From: a virus
IMG/VR virus record: IMGVR_UViG_3300043410_001471
Coordinates: 1-64,000 of that record
Strand: one strand, 5' to 3'
DNA: 64,000 bases
Under the pieces are notes generated by a model. The model ran no database searches. It had not been told where the DNA came from and saw nothing but the letters and a program-made list of their open reading frames with translations. Below are positions 37,813 to 45,858 of this stretch, piece after piece (positions within the stretch are counted from its first letter, which is position 1; the number at the start of each line of letters is the position of its first letter). A program made the translations under genes and the position numbers.

Positions 37813-37815
37813 GAC

Positions 37816-38331
37816 ATGGAGACAAAAGATTATGTGGATTTATATGGAATGAAGGACTCGATTTGGTTAAGACAAATGAGTTTACAAAATGCTCAATTGG
37901 CATTAGAACAAGCCAAATTACAATATCAATCGCACTCAATTGATTTACAAAATATGTATACGACATTGGCAAAGAGAATCAATGGAGGTGGGCAAATGGA
38001 TTTGGAAGCTCAAAAGGATAAGTTCTATAAAGAGAATAAGATATTAACTATTCAAAACTATAAAAACTTAGTAGGTGAAAAGTATCATTATAGGGGTGAG
38101 GAATGGCGAATTGTGGATGTAATCCAAACGCCGACTCTATATACTATTCACACTACCGGTCCTATATTGAATTTGTATACAATAGAGTTGAGTAGAGTTG
38201 AGGATAAGAGAGGTGGATATAGTTTAACGAATATGGAATTCGGTACGACATGTAGAGTAGATAAGGATATCATAAGGAGTAAAGGGGCATTCATAAGAAA
38301 GATTGGGGATGTTACGGACCTACCATTCTAA
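37816..38331 (+). CDS. hypothetical protein
   Basis: 171-aa ORF. Confidence 0.5.
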   Translation: METKDYVDLYGMKDSIWLRQMSLQNAQLALEQAKLQYQSHSIDLQNMYTTLAKRINGGGQMDLEAQKDKFYKENKILTIQNYKNLVGEKYHYRGEEWRIVDVIQTPTLYTIHTTGPILNLYTIELSRVEDKRGGYSLTNMEFGTTCRVDKDIIRSKGAFIRKIGDVTDLPF

Positions 38332-38408
38332 AAACGCATTTCACTTTTGAAAACCTTAATAAAAATAATTTACGTGAGTAAGGACTCACTTCAGCAAGTT
38401 TAAGTAGT

Positions 38409-38909
38409 ATGGAAACAAAAGAAGATAGTATAATAGATAATATAATAAAAGGACAATGGGATAGTATACTAAATAGTAATAGTATAGATATCAGTAATGT
38501 ATATGGTAATGTAATACAATCTGCGATAGAACTACAAAAGGAAATCGATAGGTATAAGGATAAGGATACTAAAGGGTTACTGACAATAAAGAATCCCCAA
38601 AATCTAAATACTCATTTTGGATATCCTAATTCTAAATTCTATGATTGGAATATAACCTATGTAGGAAGGGATTTGAGTTTAACCGAAGATAACTACCGAT
38701 GGGATATCGCTAATGCAGATAGTAGGATAAGAGGATACTATATAATAGAAAGGGAATTGATTAATGATGGCGATTGGGTATATGTAAGATGGGGAAGGTT
38801 GCCGGTGAGTAGTAAGGAAAGGAGAGAGGTAATCAATAAGAGTAGGTTAAAGGATAAGGATAGGATAAGAAAGGATATGATATCCGTTATAGAGAATAGT
38901 GTTCGTTAG
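38409..38909 (+). CDS. hypothetical protein
   Basis: 166-aa ORF. Confidence 0.5.
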   Translation: METKEDSIIDNIIKGQWDSILNSNSIDISNVYGNVIQSAIELQKEIDRYKDKDTKGLLTIKNPQNLNTHFGYPNSKFYDWNITYVGRDLSLTEDNYRWDIANADSRIRGYYIIERELINDGDWVYVRWGRLPVSSKERREVINKSRLKDKDRIRKDMISVIENSVR

Positions 38910-39132
38910 TCCTATCGCTGAGTATATCAAACACACTATATCAAAATCCAATTTAAGGCATAGATTAGTGGGAATAAGTGGGGAATAGTGTGAAAGTGTG
39001 TTAAAAGTTATATTGGTGTCAAAATATATAAGTATATACGAATATATAAGAATAAACTATTTTGATGGACTTATTATAGAAAATAGTTATGAGAGACCCC
39101 ACACATCCACGCCGTCCTCAAACAAAAAAAAA

Positions 39133-39166
39133 TTTACAAATGTATACGGAGTTTACAAATGTATAC
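39133..39166. repeat. direct repeat TTTACAAATGTATAC x2 in a large noncoding region
   Basis: Two copies 19 nt apart, next to an A9 tract. Confidence 0.5.
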
Positions 39167-39569
39167 AAGCCATCACCCGGCCACCTGATTTAGTTTGGCA
39201 GTCCTGCGAAGCGCAACATATTTCATATCGGATATCGGAATATGCGATATAAGCCGCTGAGGGCATTGGAATTTTCTAATACAAATATTTCTACTTAACA
39301 TAATGGAAATTATACAACAAGTCTATCTGTGGCGCATCTAAGCGTGCAAAGGTACGAAAAATAATCCATACCGCCAAATAAAAAGTTATCCACATGGCTT
39401 GTTTATATGGGATTTTTTTCGTATCTTTATAGGGTGGTAGGGCGGGAGAAGACAATCGGAATTCAGGCCGGGTAACTCATTGATTCTGAAGGACTTATAT
39501 ATAGTAAAAAAATATATGTATAAATCGTTGATTTTCAATAAAAATAATTTAAAAATAATTCCTTAAATA

Positions 39570-39601
39570 TTTGGCAGTCTCAGCAGAATTGTCTATCTTT
39601 A
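39570..39601 (+). promoter_or_regulatory. Bacteroidota-type promoter (cassette variant)
   Basis: TTTGGCAGTCTC...TATCTTTA, 21-bp spacing. Confidence 0.45.
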
Positions 39602-39645
39602 CTATATGAGATTGAGAGATGCTCAATCCCCTTAAACTTTAAAAT

Positions 39646-40011
39646 TTGAAACATATGAAAACATTAGAATTTATCCCTCGTTATTCTTCTATTAATACTG
39701 AAGCTTCTTCAGAGTTCAAAAACATTCCAGCGAACAAACCGCGTGTTATTAAGGCTGGTACTCCTATTATCACTTTTACCGATATCTTTGGTAAGAAATA
39801 CAATTTCCCATTCAGAAATAAGAAACAAAGAGCTGAAATCAGCCAGTTGTTAAACCTTTTAAAAGAGGATTCAAAAACACTTAGAGCTATCTTAGATAGT
39901 TATGAGGTTCGTTACGGTCGTTATGTGAATGAGAAAGGACTTCGTAAGGAGTTGAAACAGGCATTTGGATTTTCGAATAACGCTATTGATTCGGTAATCA
40001 ACGCTCATTAA
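39646..40011 (+). CDS. hypothetical protein
   Basis: 121-aa ORF downstream of the promoter cassette. Confidence 0.55.
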   Translation: MKHMKTLEFIPRYSSINTEASSEFKNIPANKPRVIKAGTPIITFTDIFGKKYNFPFRNKKQRAEISQLLNLLKEDSKTLRAILDSYEVRYGRYVNEKGLRKELKQAFGFSNNAIDSVINAH

Positions 40012-40235
40012 TCACTAACCATTAAATTTAAACATATGAATGATTCAATCACATTAGGCGAAATTATTATTGTTACCGCAGTATACTTTGTAGGTATATT
40101 GGTATACATCTTTGGTAAAACTATTGTCGAACATCTTAAAGAGAATCGTAATGTATAGTTCACCAATCGTTATGGAGGTCCTCGTAGGGATGCCCATCGG
40201 ACTTGAATTAATTTATTTAAACTAAATCACTACCA

Positions 40236-40556
40236 ATGAGAAAGATAACATCACAATCAGTTAATGCGTTTATAGAACGCAAACCATTCAAAAAGAGTAA
40301 TATGGTCGTAACAATAGAGAATGGCATCACTTACTTAAAGTTACACAACAATAAGATTGCTGCCCTATTAGCAGATGGTCGTATGTGGATATCAAACGCC
40401 GGCTGGGCTACCAATACAACAAAGGAAAGGTTAAACGGATTGCCTGGCGTAAGGGTTAATCAGAAAAACTACCAATGGTTCATCAATGGTATCCCTTGGA
40501 GTGGTGAACCGGTGTATATCAATCAGTTATACAATACAGGTTTCCAATATGTGTAA
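40236..40556 (+). CDS. hypothetical protein
   Basis: 106-aa ORF. Confidence 0.5.
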   Translation: MRKITSQSVNAFIERKPFKKSNMVVTIENGITYLKLHNNKIAALLADGRMWISNAGWATNTTKERLNGLPGVRVNQKNYQWFINGIPWSGEPVYINQLYNTGFQYV

Positions 40557-40607
40557 CGTGTTGAGGTTCAATGAGTTATAACTTTTTTGAAAATAATTGA
40601 TAAAAAG

Positions 40608-40639
40608 TTTGGCAATATCGGAAAATTGTTGTATATTTA
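40608..40639 (+). promoter_or_regulatory. Bacteroidota-type promoter (conserved cassette)
   Basis: AAAATAATTGATAAAAAGTTTGGCAATATCG...GTATATTTA, 21-bp spacing. Confidence 0.5.
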
Positions 40640-40661
40640 CTATGTAATAAATGATAAAGAT

Positions 40662-41204
40662 ATGAAAAGATTCGAAAAAACCCCTAAGAGTTCAGAAAGA
40701 TTGAGTTATGTATATCGTACTGAATTCGCCGATGGTCAAATCCACTTCGGTAGAGTAAACGCTAGTAAGAACTATTCACCTAAGAACTACTTAGGTAATG
40801 CGGTATCAGCCGTTAAACATAACGCTAACAATCCGTTAAGAGCTTCAATGACTACCGAATTTGAGTATAAGGTAGCTAATGAGTTAGATTCGGTTAAATG
40901 TGAAATCGTATTCGCTGGTCCAACGGATGAGGCTAAGAAGTTCCGTAATTCGGAAGTAGCTAGAATTGGTATTATGTGTATGAATGCTAGAAAGGCTGGT
41001 AGTGATTCATTGGGTATCGATAACATTGTTAAGATAGCTAAAGAGTATTCAAAGGCGTTAAAATCGGCTAATGAGATTCTTTACTTCATTGACCCTCGTT
41101 ATGGTAGAAGTATCGGATTAACTGATAAAATGATATCAAACATCAAGCACCCATTGTTCCCTAACTTCGTTAAGTTGGCTTGTGTGCAAGTTGAAAGAGT
41201 TTAA
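40662..41204 (+). CDS. hypothetical protein (possibly abundant or structural)
   Basis: ORF 40587..41204 trimmed to the ATG after the conserved leader TACTATGTAATAAATGATAAAGAT. Confidence 0.5.
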   Translation: MKRFEKTPKSSERLSYVYRTEFADGQIHFGRVNASKNYSPKNYLGNAVSAVKHNANNPLRASMTTEFEYKVANELDSVKCEIVFAGPTDEAKKFRNSEVARIGIMCMNARKAGSDSLGIDNIVKIAKEYSKALKSANEILYFIDPRYGRSIGLTDKMISNIKHPLFPNFVKLACVQVERV

Positions 41205-41222
41205 ACCATTAAAATTTAAAAG

Positions 41223-41537
41223 ATGAAAGGTAGAAAGAAATCAGAATTCCCTAGAGGATATAAAGTTGAAGTTATTAACAAACAATTGACACTGAATGGT
41301 GTATCGGACCTGTATGAGGTGTATAAGGTAGAACATAAGGCCTTACCATCGGCTAAGATATTCGTTGACAAAGATTCAGTAGTGAAGTTCATTAATGAAT
41401 GTGAACGAAATAAGGTGGAGGCGAAGGCCCTCAAAGTAAGTGGTTATCAGCATGTTAAGGGTGTAGCGGCGGCACATAAGGATGCGATTGCATCGGTTGA
41501 GTTGGCAGACATCGTAGATAGTGGGGTAATTATATAA
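41223..41537 (+). CDS. hypothetical protein
   Basis: 104-aa ORF. Confidence 0.5.
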   Translation: MKGRKKSEFPRGYKVEVINKQLTLNGVSDLYEVYKVEHKALPSAKIFVDKDSVVKFINECERNKVEAKALKVSGYQHVKGVAAAHKDAIASVELADIVDSGVII

Positions 41538-41571
41538 ATTAAAATCAGTTAAACTTTAAACATTAAACAAC

Positions 41572-41862
41572 ATGGGTATTTTAGAAGCGGCTATATATAA
41601 GCCAAAATCAGGTGGGTATGTGCCACATATTAAATGGTCAACACCCCTTATTAAGTTATTGGGAGGTAATCAGTCGGAAGGATTGAATCAAAAATTGAGA
41701 GAATCGTTCCCGAATGTAATTGAGCAATTGAATAGAGCTGGTATTACAAGCAAAGGTCGTGAAATGTACGCTAAGGGTATAATTGAGCGTAAATTCAATA
41801 CTGAATTAGAGGCTAATCAGGCACTCGCTATATATCAATCGATTATAAATTCCTTAAAATAA
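41572..41862 (+). CDS. hypothetical protein
   Basis: 96-aa ORF. Confidence 0.5.
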   Translation: MGILEAAIYKPKSGGYVPHIKWSTPLIKLLGGNQSEGLNQKLRESFPNVIEQLNRAGITSKGREMYAKGIIERKFNTELEANQALAIYQSIINSLK

Positions 41863-41944
41863 ATGAGGTAATATTTGGAATTGTCAGATATTATTCGTAT
41901 ATTTGTATAACAAATTTAAACAATAAAACAAAAAAAGAAAGAGT

Positions 41945-42121
41945 ATGAAAAAAGTATTCGTATTAGCGGTTACCGCTTTATCATTGACAGCTTGTGGTGG
42001 TGGTGCAAATTCATCTAACACAGCAGATTCAACAGCAGTAGATTCTACAAAGGTAGATTCAGCAGTAGTAGCACAAGATACTACATCAGCACCAGTTGCA
42101 GATAGTACAGCTACTAAATAA
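41945..42121 (+). CDS. small lipoprotein (58 aa), Ser/Thr/Ala/Asp-rich
   Basis: Lipobox MKKVFVLAVTALSLTAC; -7 TATATTTG at about 41898; not in the ORF track. Confidence 0.45.
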   Translation: MKKVFVLAVTALSLTACGGGANSSNTADSTAVDSTKVDSAVVAQDTTSAPVADSTATK

Positions 42122-42163
42122 GCGGAGATAGGCTAGTGTGGGTTCGATTCCCACACTTCGCTC
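42121..42163 (+). other. tRNA-like minihelix (acceptor stem plus T arm only)
   Basis: AGCGGA/TTCGCT stem around GTGTGGG-TTCGATT-CCCACAC; same architecture as the element at 16804. Confidence 0.4.
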
Positions 42164-42232
42164 AATCTGGTCCATTCAAATGGTTATTCTCTGATTTACT
42201 TTACATTTATTACAACTTGGACCAGTATTCAT

Positions 42233-42266
42233 AAAGGCGGTGGGGCTTCCCTATCGCCTTTTTTAT
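42233..42266 (+). terminator. intrinsic terminator
   Basis: AGGCG...CGCCT stem with inner GGGG/CCCT pairing, followed by T6. Confidence 0.5.
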
Positions 42267-42284
42267 TAACATTAAAAAGTAACA

Positions 42285-42692
42285 ATGTGGCAGTTAAAAA
42301 CTAAAATTGAAAAGAGAAGCGATGCATTAAAGATTGGTAGGCAAGCTGAAAAGTGGTGCCGGTCCAATATGGGTATAAACAATAGAAAGAAGTATGAACC
42401 AATCATAACATACTATAAGAGCTTGCCTGACGATATTGACATGGGTGAGTATCGGTATTGGGATAATGAAATCATAGTATACTATAACAATACGCCTACA
42501 GTCAAAGATTTCATCAGAACAATCATACACGAATGGCAACACCAGTTACAGCCAATGGGTAAGTATGAAAGGTTGCACGATGAGCATGGATATGAAGAGC
42601 ACCCGTTAGAGAAAGATGCGGAGGCGGCTGAACAAAGATATTATAAACAATTATGGATTGACATTAAGCCATTCCTAAATAAAACGAAATAA
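42285..42692 (+). CDS. putative small zinc metallopeptidase-like protein (HExxH)
   Basis: IIHEWQHQ motif. Confidence 0.35.
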   Translation: MWQLKTKIEKRSDALKIGRQAEKWCRSNMGINNRKKYEPIITYYKSLPDDIDMGEYRYWDNEIIVYYNNTPTVKDFIRTIIHEWQHQLQPMGKYERLHDEHGYEEHPLEKDAEAAEQRYYKQLWIDIKPFLNKTK

Positions 42693-42696
42693 CATA

Positions 42697-42876
42697 TGAG
42701 TAATCTAATAGAAGAAGAAGTAAGAACAAACGAAGCCCTTATAGTATTAACAAATGCGGAGGCGGTCCTTATGAAACGAATTAAGGCAATGCGAGATGGT
42801 AAACCTAAGTACGCAGCTAGTGAAAGACTGAATGAGTTGAGAGCAGCACTGAAGTTACTGAAGGACAACCTTTAAT
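42697..42876 (+). CDS. small hypothetical protein (59 aa)
   Basis: ATG ORF MSNLIEEEVRTNEAL...; not in the ORF track. Confidence 0.3.
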
Positions 42877-42915
42877 TCGGACACACATATTAATAAAAAT
42901 AAATTCAGCTAAGAT

Positions 42916-43140
42916 ATGAGTATAAGTAATACAATAGCAAATGCATATAGTAGTATAGAGAGAGTACATAGTATAGAGAAGGAGAGAGAAGCAGTACAAG
43001 CCAGTACTGAATTCCAACAATGGTGTAAGAGATATAACATAGGTAGTAGAGTAGAACCAAAAGATAGTAGAGCTACTGAACTTATGAACCAGTATAGTAG
43101 TAGATACACTAACTGGGTTAAGGGTAGTAGTATAGAGTAG
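42916..43140 (+). CDS. questionable ORF over purine-rich repeats (may be noncoding iterons)
   Basis: 74-aa ORF whose DNA is built from repeated GTAGTATAGAG and TAGTAGAG motifs; ORFs of similar length exist on both strands. Confidence 0.25.
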   Translation: MSISNTIANAYSSIERVHSIEKEREAVQASTEFQQWCKRYNIGSRVEPKDSRATELMNQYSSRYTNWVKGSSIE

Positions 43141-43172
43141 ATATTTTCTGTTTTCATTTTTCATAGTTTGAG

Positions 43173-43204
43173 CCGGTTATCCGAAAGGGTAGCCGGTTTT
43201 TTTG
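43173..43204 (+). terminator. strong intrinsic terminator with a GAAA tetraloop
   Basis: CCGGTTATCC-GAAA-GGGTAGCCGG 10-bp stem followed by T7. Confidence 0.7.
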
Positions 43205-43440
43205 TGCTCGTCCGTGAGACGGTTAGAAGGTTATCTAATTAGTTAAATGGCTAAGGGGTGCTTGACGAGTTTCATGTAACTGGCGATGGAGGGACAGCCA
43301 TGTGACCGGGTCGGGTCCGCTTAAATATTGCGGTCAAAAAAAATCCCCTGGGAACACTTTTTTGACACGGATGTTGATACATCAAGTGCCGACTGGGGGG
43401 TGGTTTAGCTCTTTTATTTTTATTGAGGATTACGATATAT
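43205..43440 (+). ncRNA. candidate structured noncoding RNA (GC-rich island)
   Basis: About 235 nt with no ORF; GC content is much higher than the surrounding genome; several local hairpins (CGTCCGTGAGACGG, GACCGGGTCGGGTC); ends in a T-rich tract. Confidence 0.3.
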
Positions 43441-43462
43441 ATTCATATAAGAAAGTAATAAA

Positions 43463-43786
43463 ATGATAAGACAAGAAGGATACGAATGGATATCTTATAC
43501 ATTTGGAGTATCGGTAGGTGTTGCAAACATTTTGGGTTATAAGAAACGAAGTGAGGCGAAAGGAGAGTATTCCGAACCAAAATCCTTTAGGAAGTTCAAT
43601 GATGATTTGGATATAAACGAAATCATTACGGAATCAATAGAGGTGGGTAAGTATAAGGAACTACAAAGAGAGATATACCGATTAGAGAGTAAGAGGCATC
43701 CAACTATTAAGGATGTTACTATTTATAAAAAAGCTTGGAGAGAAACATATGGCAAAAACGATAAATCAAAATCCGCAAAGATATAA
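43463..43786 (+). CDS. hypothetical protein
   Basis: 107-aa ORF. Confidence 0.5.
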   Translation: MIRQEGYEWISYTFGVSVGVANILGYKKRSEAKGEYSEPKSFRKFNDDLDINEIITESIEVGKYKELQREIYRLESKRHPTIKDVTIYKKAWRETYGKNDKSKSAKI

Positions 43787-44774
43787 ACCCACCGAATCGG
43801 GTTGGATTATTTCTTCAGTAGGGGATTCGCCAAACGGAAACCCTAAAGGAGAGATTGTACCTATCGAATTGATGAAGGATGTATCCATTACCGATATTAA
43901 ACCCGTATTGGATGTAGATGGAATCATTGTAAAGGTGGGTGAGGTATTGTTGGTTTCCAAAAAGACTTTAGATGATATTAAGAGTTTTGGAAATCCACAT
44001 TGGGATTATCTACCTAATGGAGTGGTTAGAGTTAAGGATAAAGGAGTAACAATGGGAGAGGTTATCCCAATCATTAAGATAAATGCGGATGGATTCATTA
44101 CTAAGGGAAGTGAGAGGGATGTAGCAAATAGAAATGCCGGAGTTAAAGAGGTAGAGTATATATACGAAGGAGATGAGATAGAGGGGATATCTAAAAATTT
44201 GATTGAACAAATTAACTACACTCTTAATGAGGGAAGTTCCAGACCGGGTGATACCTTTTCTATTTTTGATTTACAGTTGGGAGATGATTCGGTATATGAT
44301 ACACAACCTTTGGTGGTATCTACTATTCAGGAGGATGGTAAGTTTGATAAGGGGAAACTGAATACCTTCTTAACGGAGATAGATAGTAGGTTAAAGATAT
44401 TAGATACTGATTTCAATATGATTAAGAATGTGTTCTATTCCGGTACTACTCCTAATAACAATGGGATTAAAAAGTTCGTCAAACAAATTGCGAATGTTTC
44501 CGATGATACTACCTTTGGTGGGGATTCATATACAACATCTACTACTCAAACATCTAAAGTAGAAGATACACCTAAAGATAAGGCGGTAGATGCTACCAAC
44601 AAAGTAATCGATGAGAAAACAACTACGGTACAAAAGCAAGTAGAGGAACAAAAGAGAGAATTGGCATCTACACAACAAAAACAAACTCTCGCACAACAAC
44701 AACTTCAATCGGATTTGAACGCACAAGCTCAAAGAACGGATGAGTATTATAGACAAAAATACGGAACTAAATAG
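43749..44774 (+). CDS. hypothetical protein with a C-terminal Gln-rich coiled coil (possible virion or fibre protein)
   Basis: ORF 43713..44774 trimmed to the ATG (MAKTINQNPQRYK). Confidence 0.5.
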   Translation: MAKTINQNPQRYKPTESGWIISSVGDSPNGNPKGEIVPIELMKDVSITDIKPVLDVDGIIVKVGEVLLVSKKTLDDIKSFGNPHWDYLPNGVVRVKDKGVTMGEVIPIIKINADGFITKGSERDVANRNAGVKEVEYIYEGDEIEGISKNLIEQINYTLNEGSSRPGDTFSIFDLQLGDDSVYDTQPLVVSTIQEDGKFDKGKLNTFLTEIDSRLKILDTDFNMIKNVFYSGTTPNNNGIKKFVKQIANVSDDTTFGGDSYTTSTTQTSKVEDTPKDKAVDATNKVIDEKTTTVQKQVEEQKRELASTQQKQTLAQQQLQSDLNAQAQRTDEYYRQKYGTK

Positions 44775-44781
44775 ATAAGTT

Positions 44782-45033
44782 ATGATACTAAATGAAAGAG
44801 AAGAAAGGTGGATTAATTTTTGGGAAGGTATTGGAGTAGCGATGAGAATACTCGCCTTCGGAGTTCTATCTATTATGAATAGAGATACTCCCTTTCTTGC
44901 GATGTGGATTGTAAACTCCGTTGATGCTATAATCCTTACTTATTGTGCATTCAAAAGAAGAAATAGACCTTATATCGCACTAAACCTGTTTTGGTTATTG
45001 GTTGGTATTGTTGGAATCTGGAACTCATTGTAA
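44782..45033 (+). CDS. membrane protein
   Basis: 83-aa ORF with two or three TM segments. Confidence 0.45.
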   Translation: MILNEREERWINFWEGIGVAMRILAFGVLSIMNRDTPFLAMWIVNSVDAIILTYCAFKRRNRPYIALNLFWLLVGIVGIWNSL

Positions 45034-45034
45034 A

Positions 45035-45202
45035 TGAAGAGGTTAAAGGATATCATTCTTACTATATTGATGATTCCCTTTATTTTAATAGGGCTAGGCG
45101 TCGTTATCGTTGTCGGATTGATACATTTTACTATGTGGATTATAAAACATAAGAGAGCAAACAAAAGAACTATCAATAGAGATACAAAAAATTTTCTTTA
45201 AA
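45035..45202 (+). CDS. small membrane protein (55 aa)
   Basis: ATG ORF MKRLKDIILTILMIPFILIGLGVVIVVGLI...; not in the ORF track. Confidence 0.3.
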
Positions 45203-45291
45203 AAACGACTGGCCCCCCAACCCCCCGTGAAAATAAATTTGGAAAAGTGAATAATTATTAGTATATTTGTATTATCCATAATTCCGTTACA

Positions 45292-45594
45292 ATGAACTCC
45301 AAAGCGTTATCAAAATTAGAAAAAAGTTACATCCAATTAGATTGGAAAGATTACATCAACAAAGTAGAATTAACTAAAGACCATATGGAAACCATCATCG
45401 ATATGATTGATGTGTTTAAGTTTAACAAATCAGCCAATGAATTGGTTGTATTTCGCTTTCATGGTATCCCTGCATATATAACAATTAAGAGGGAAGAATT
45501 TAAGGAACTATTAGATTGGATGTATCAGAGGATGTTACATAACGAATTCTTTGAGAATTGTAAGCGTATAAACGATTTAATGAAAACACTATGA
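45292..45594 (+). CDS. hypothetical protein
   Basis: 100-aa ORF preceded by a TATATTTG -7 box at about 45265. Confidence 0.5.
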   Translation: MNSKALSKLEKSYIQLDWKDYINKVELTKDHMETIIDMIDVFKFNKSANELVVFRFHGIPAYITIKREEFKELLDWMYQRMLHNEFFENCKRINDLMKTL

Positions 45595-45824
45595 ATAAAA
45601 TTACAGAGATATTCAGAAGTTGGGTAATAGCAGAGATGCCTTCCAAAGAACAGGCTGAATTGGCTCAACAAAGATTGGCTATATGTAAGACATGCGATTC
45701 TATGGTTGAATCCGTTGTATTCAAATTCAAATGTAAAGAATGTGGGTGTCCTATTGGTAAAAAAATATTTACTCCTATGATGGGTACTTGCGATTTACAT
45801 AAATGGGATAAAGTAGAAAAATAG
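45591..45824 (+). CDS. zinc-ribbon protein
   Basis: CKTCDS...CKECGC...CDLHKW. Confidence 0.45.
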   Translation: MNKITEIFRSWVIAEMPSKEQAELAQQRLAICKTCDSMVESVVFKFKCKECGCPIGKKIFTPMMGTCDLHKWDKVEK

Positions 45825-45858
45825 TATATTTATATACAAACATAATATAAACTTTTTT

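Noticed and set aside
38998-39252. 84-aa + strand ORF in the large noncoding region
   Set aside because: Composition is not protein-like, no promoter or RBS context, and it overlaps direct repeats. Treated as part of the noncoding, possibly origin or ncRNA, region.
43225-43420. E. coli-like TTGACA -35 hexamers in the GC-rich island as promoters
   Set aside because: No matching TATAAT at proper spacing, and the host-type promoters in this genome follow the Bacteroidota TTTG / TAnnTTTG rule. The hexamers are more likely structural sequence.
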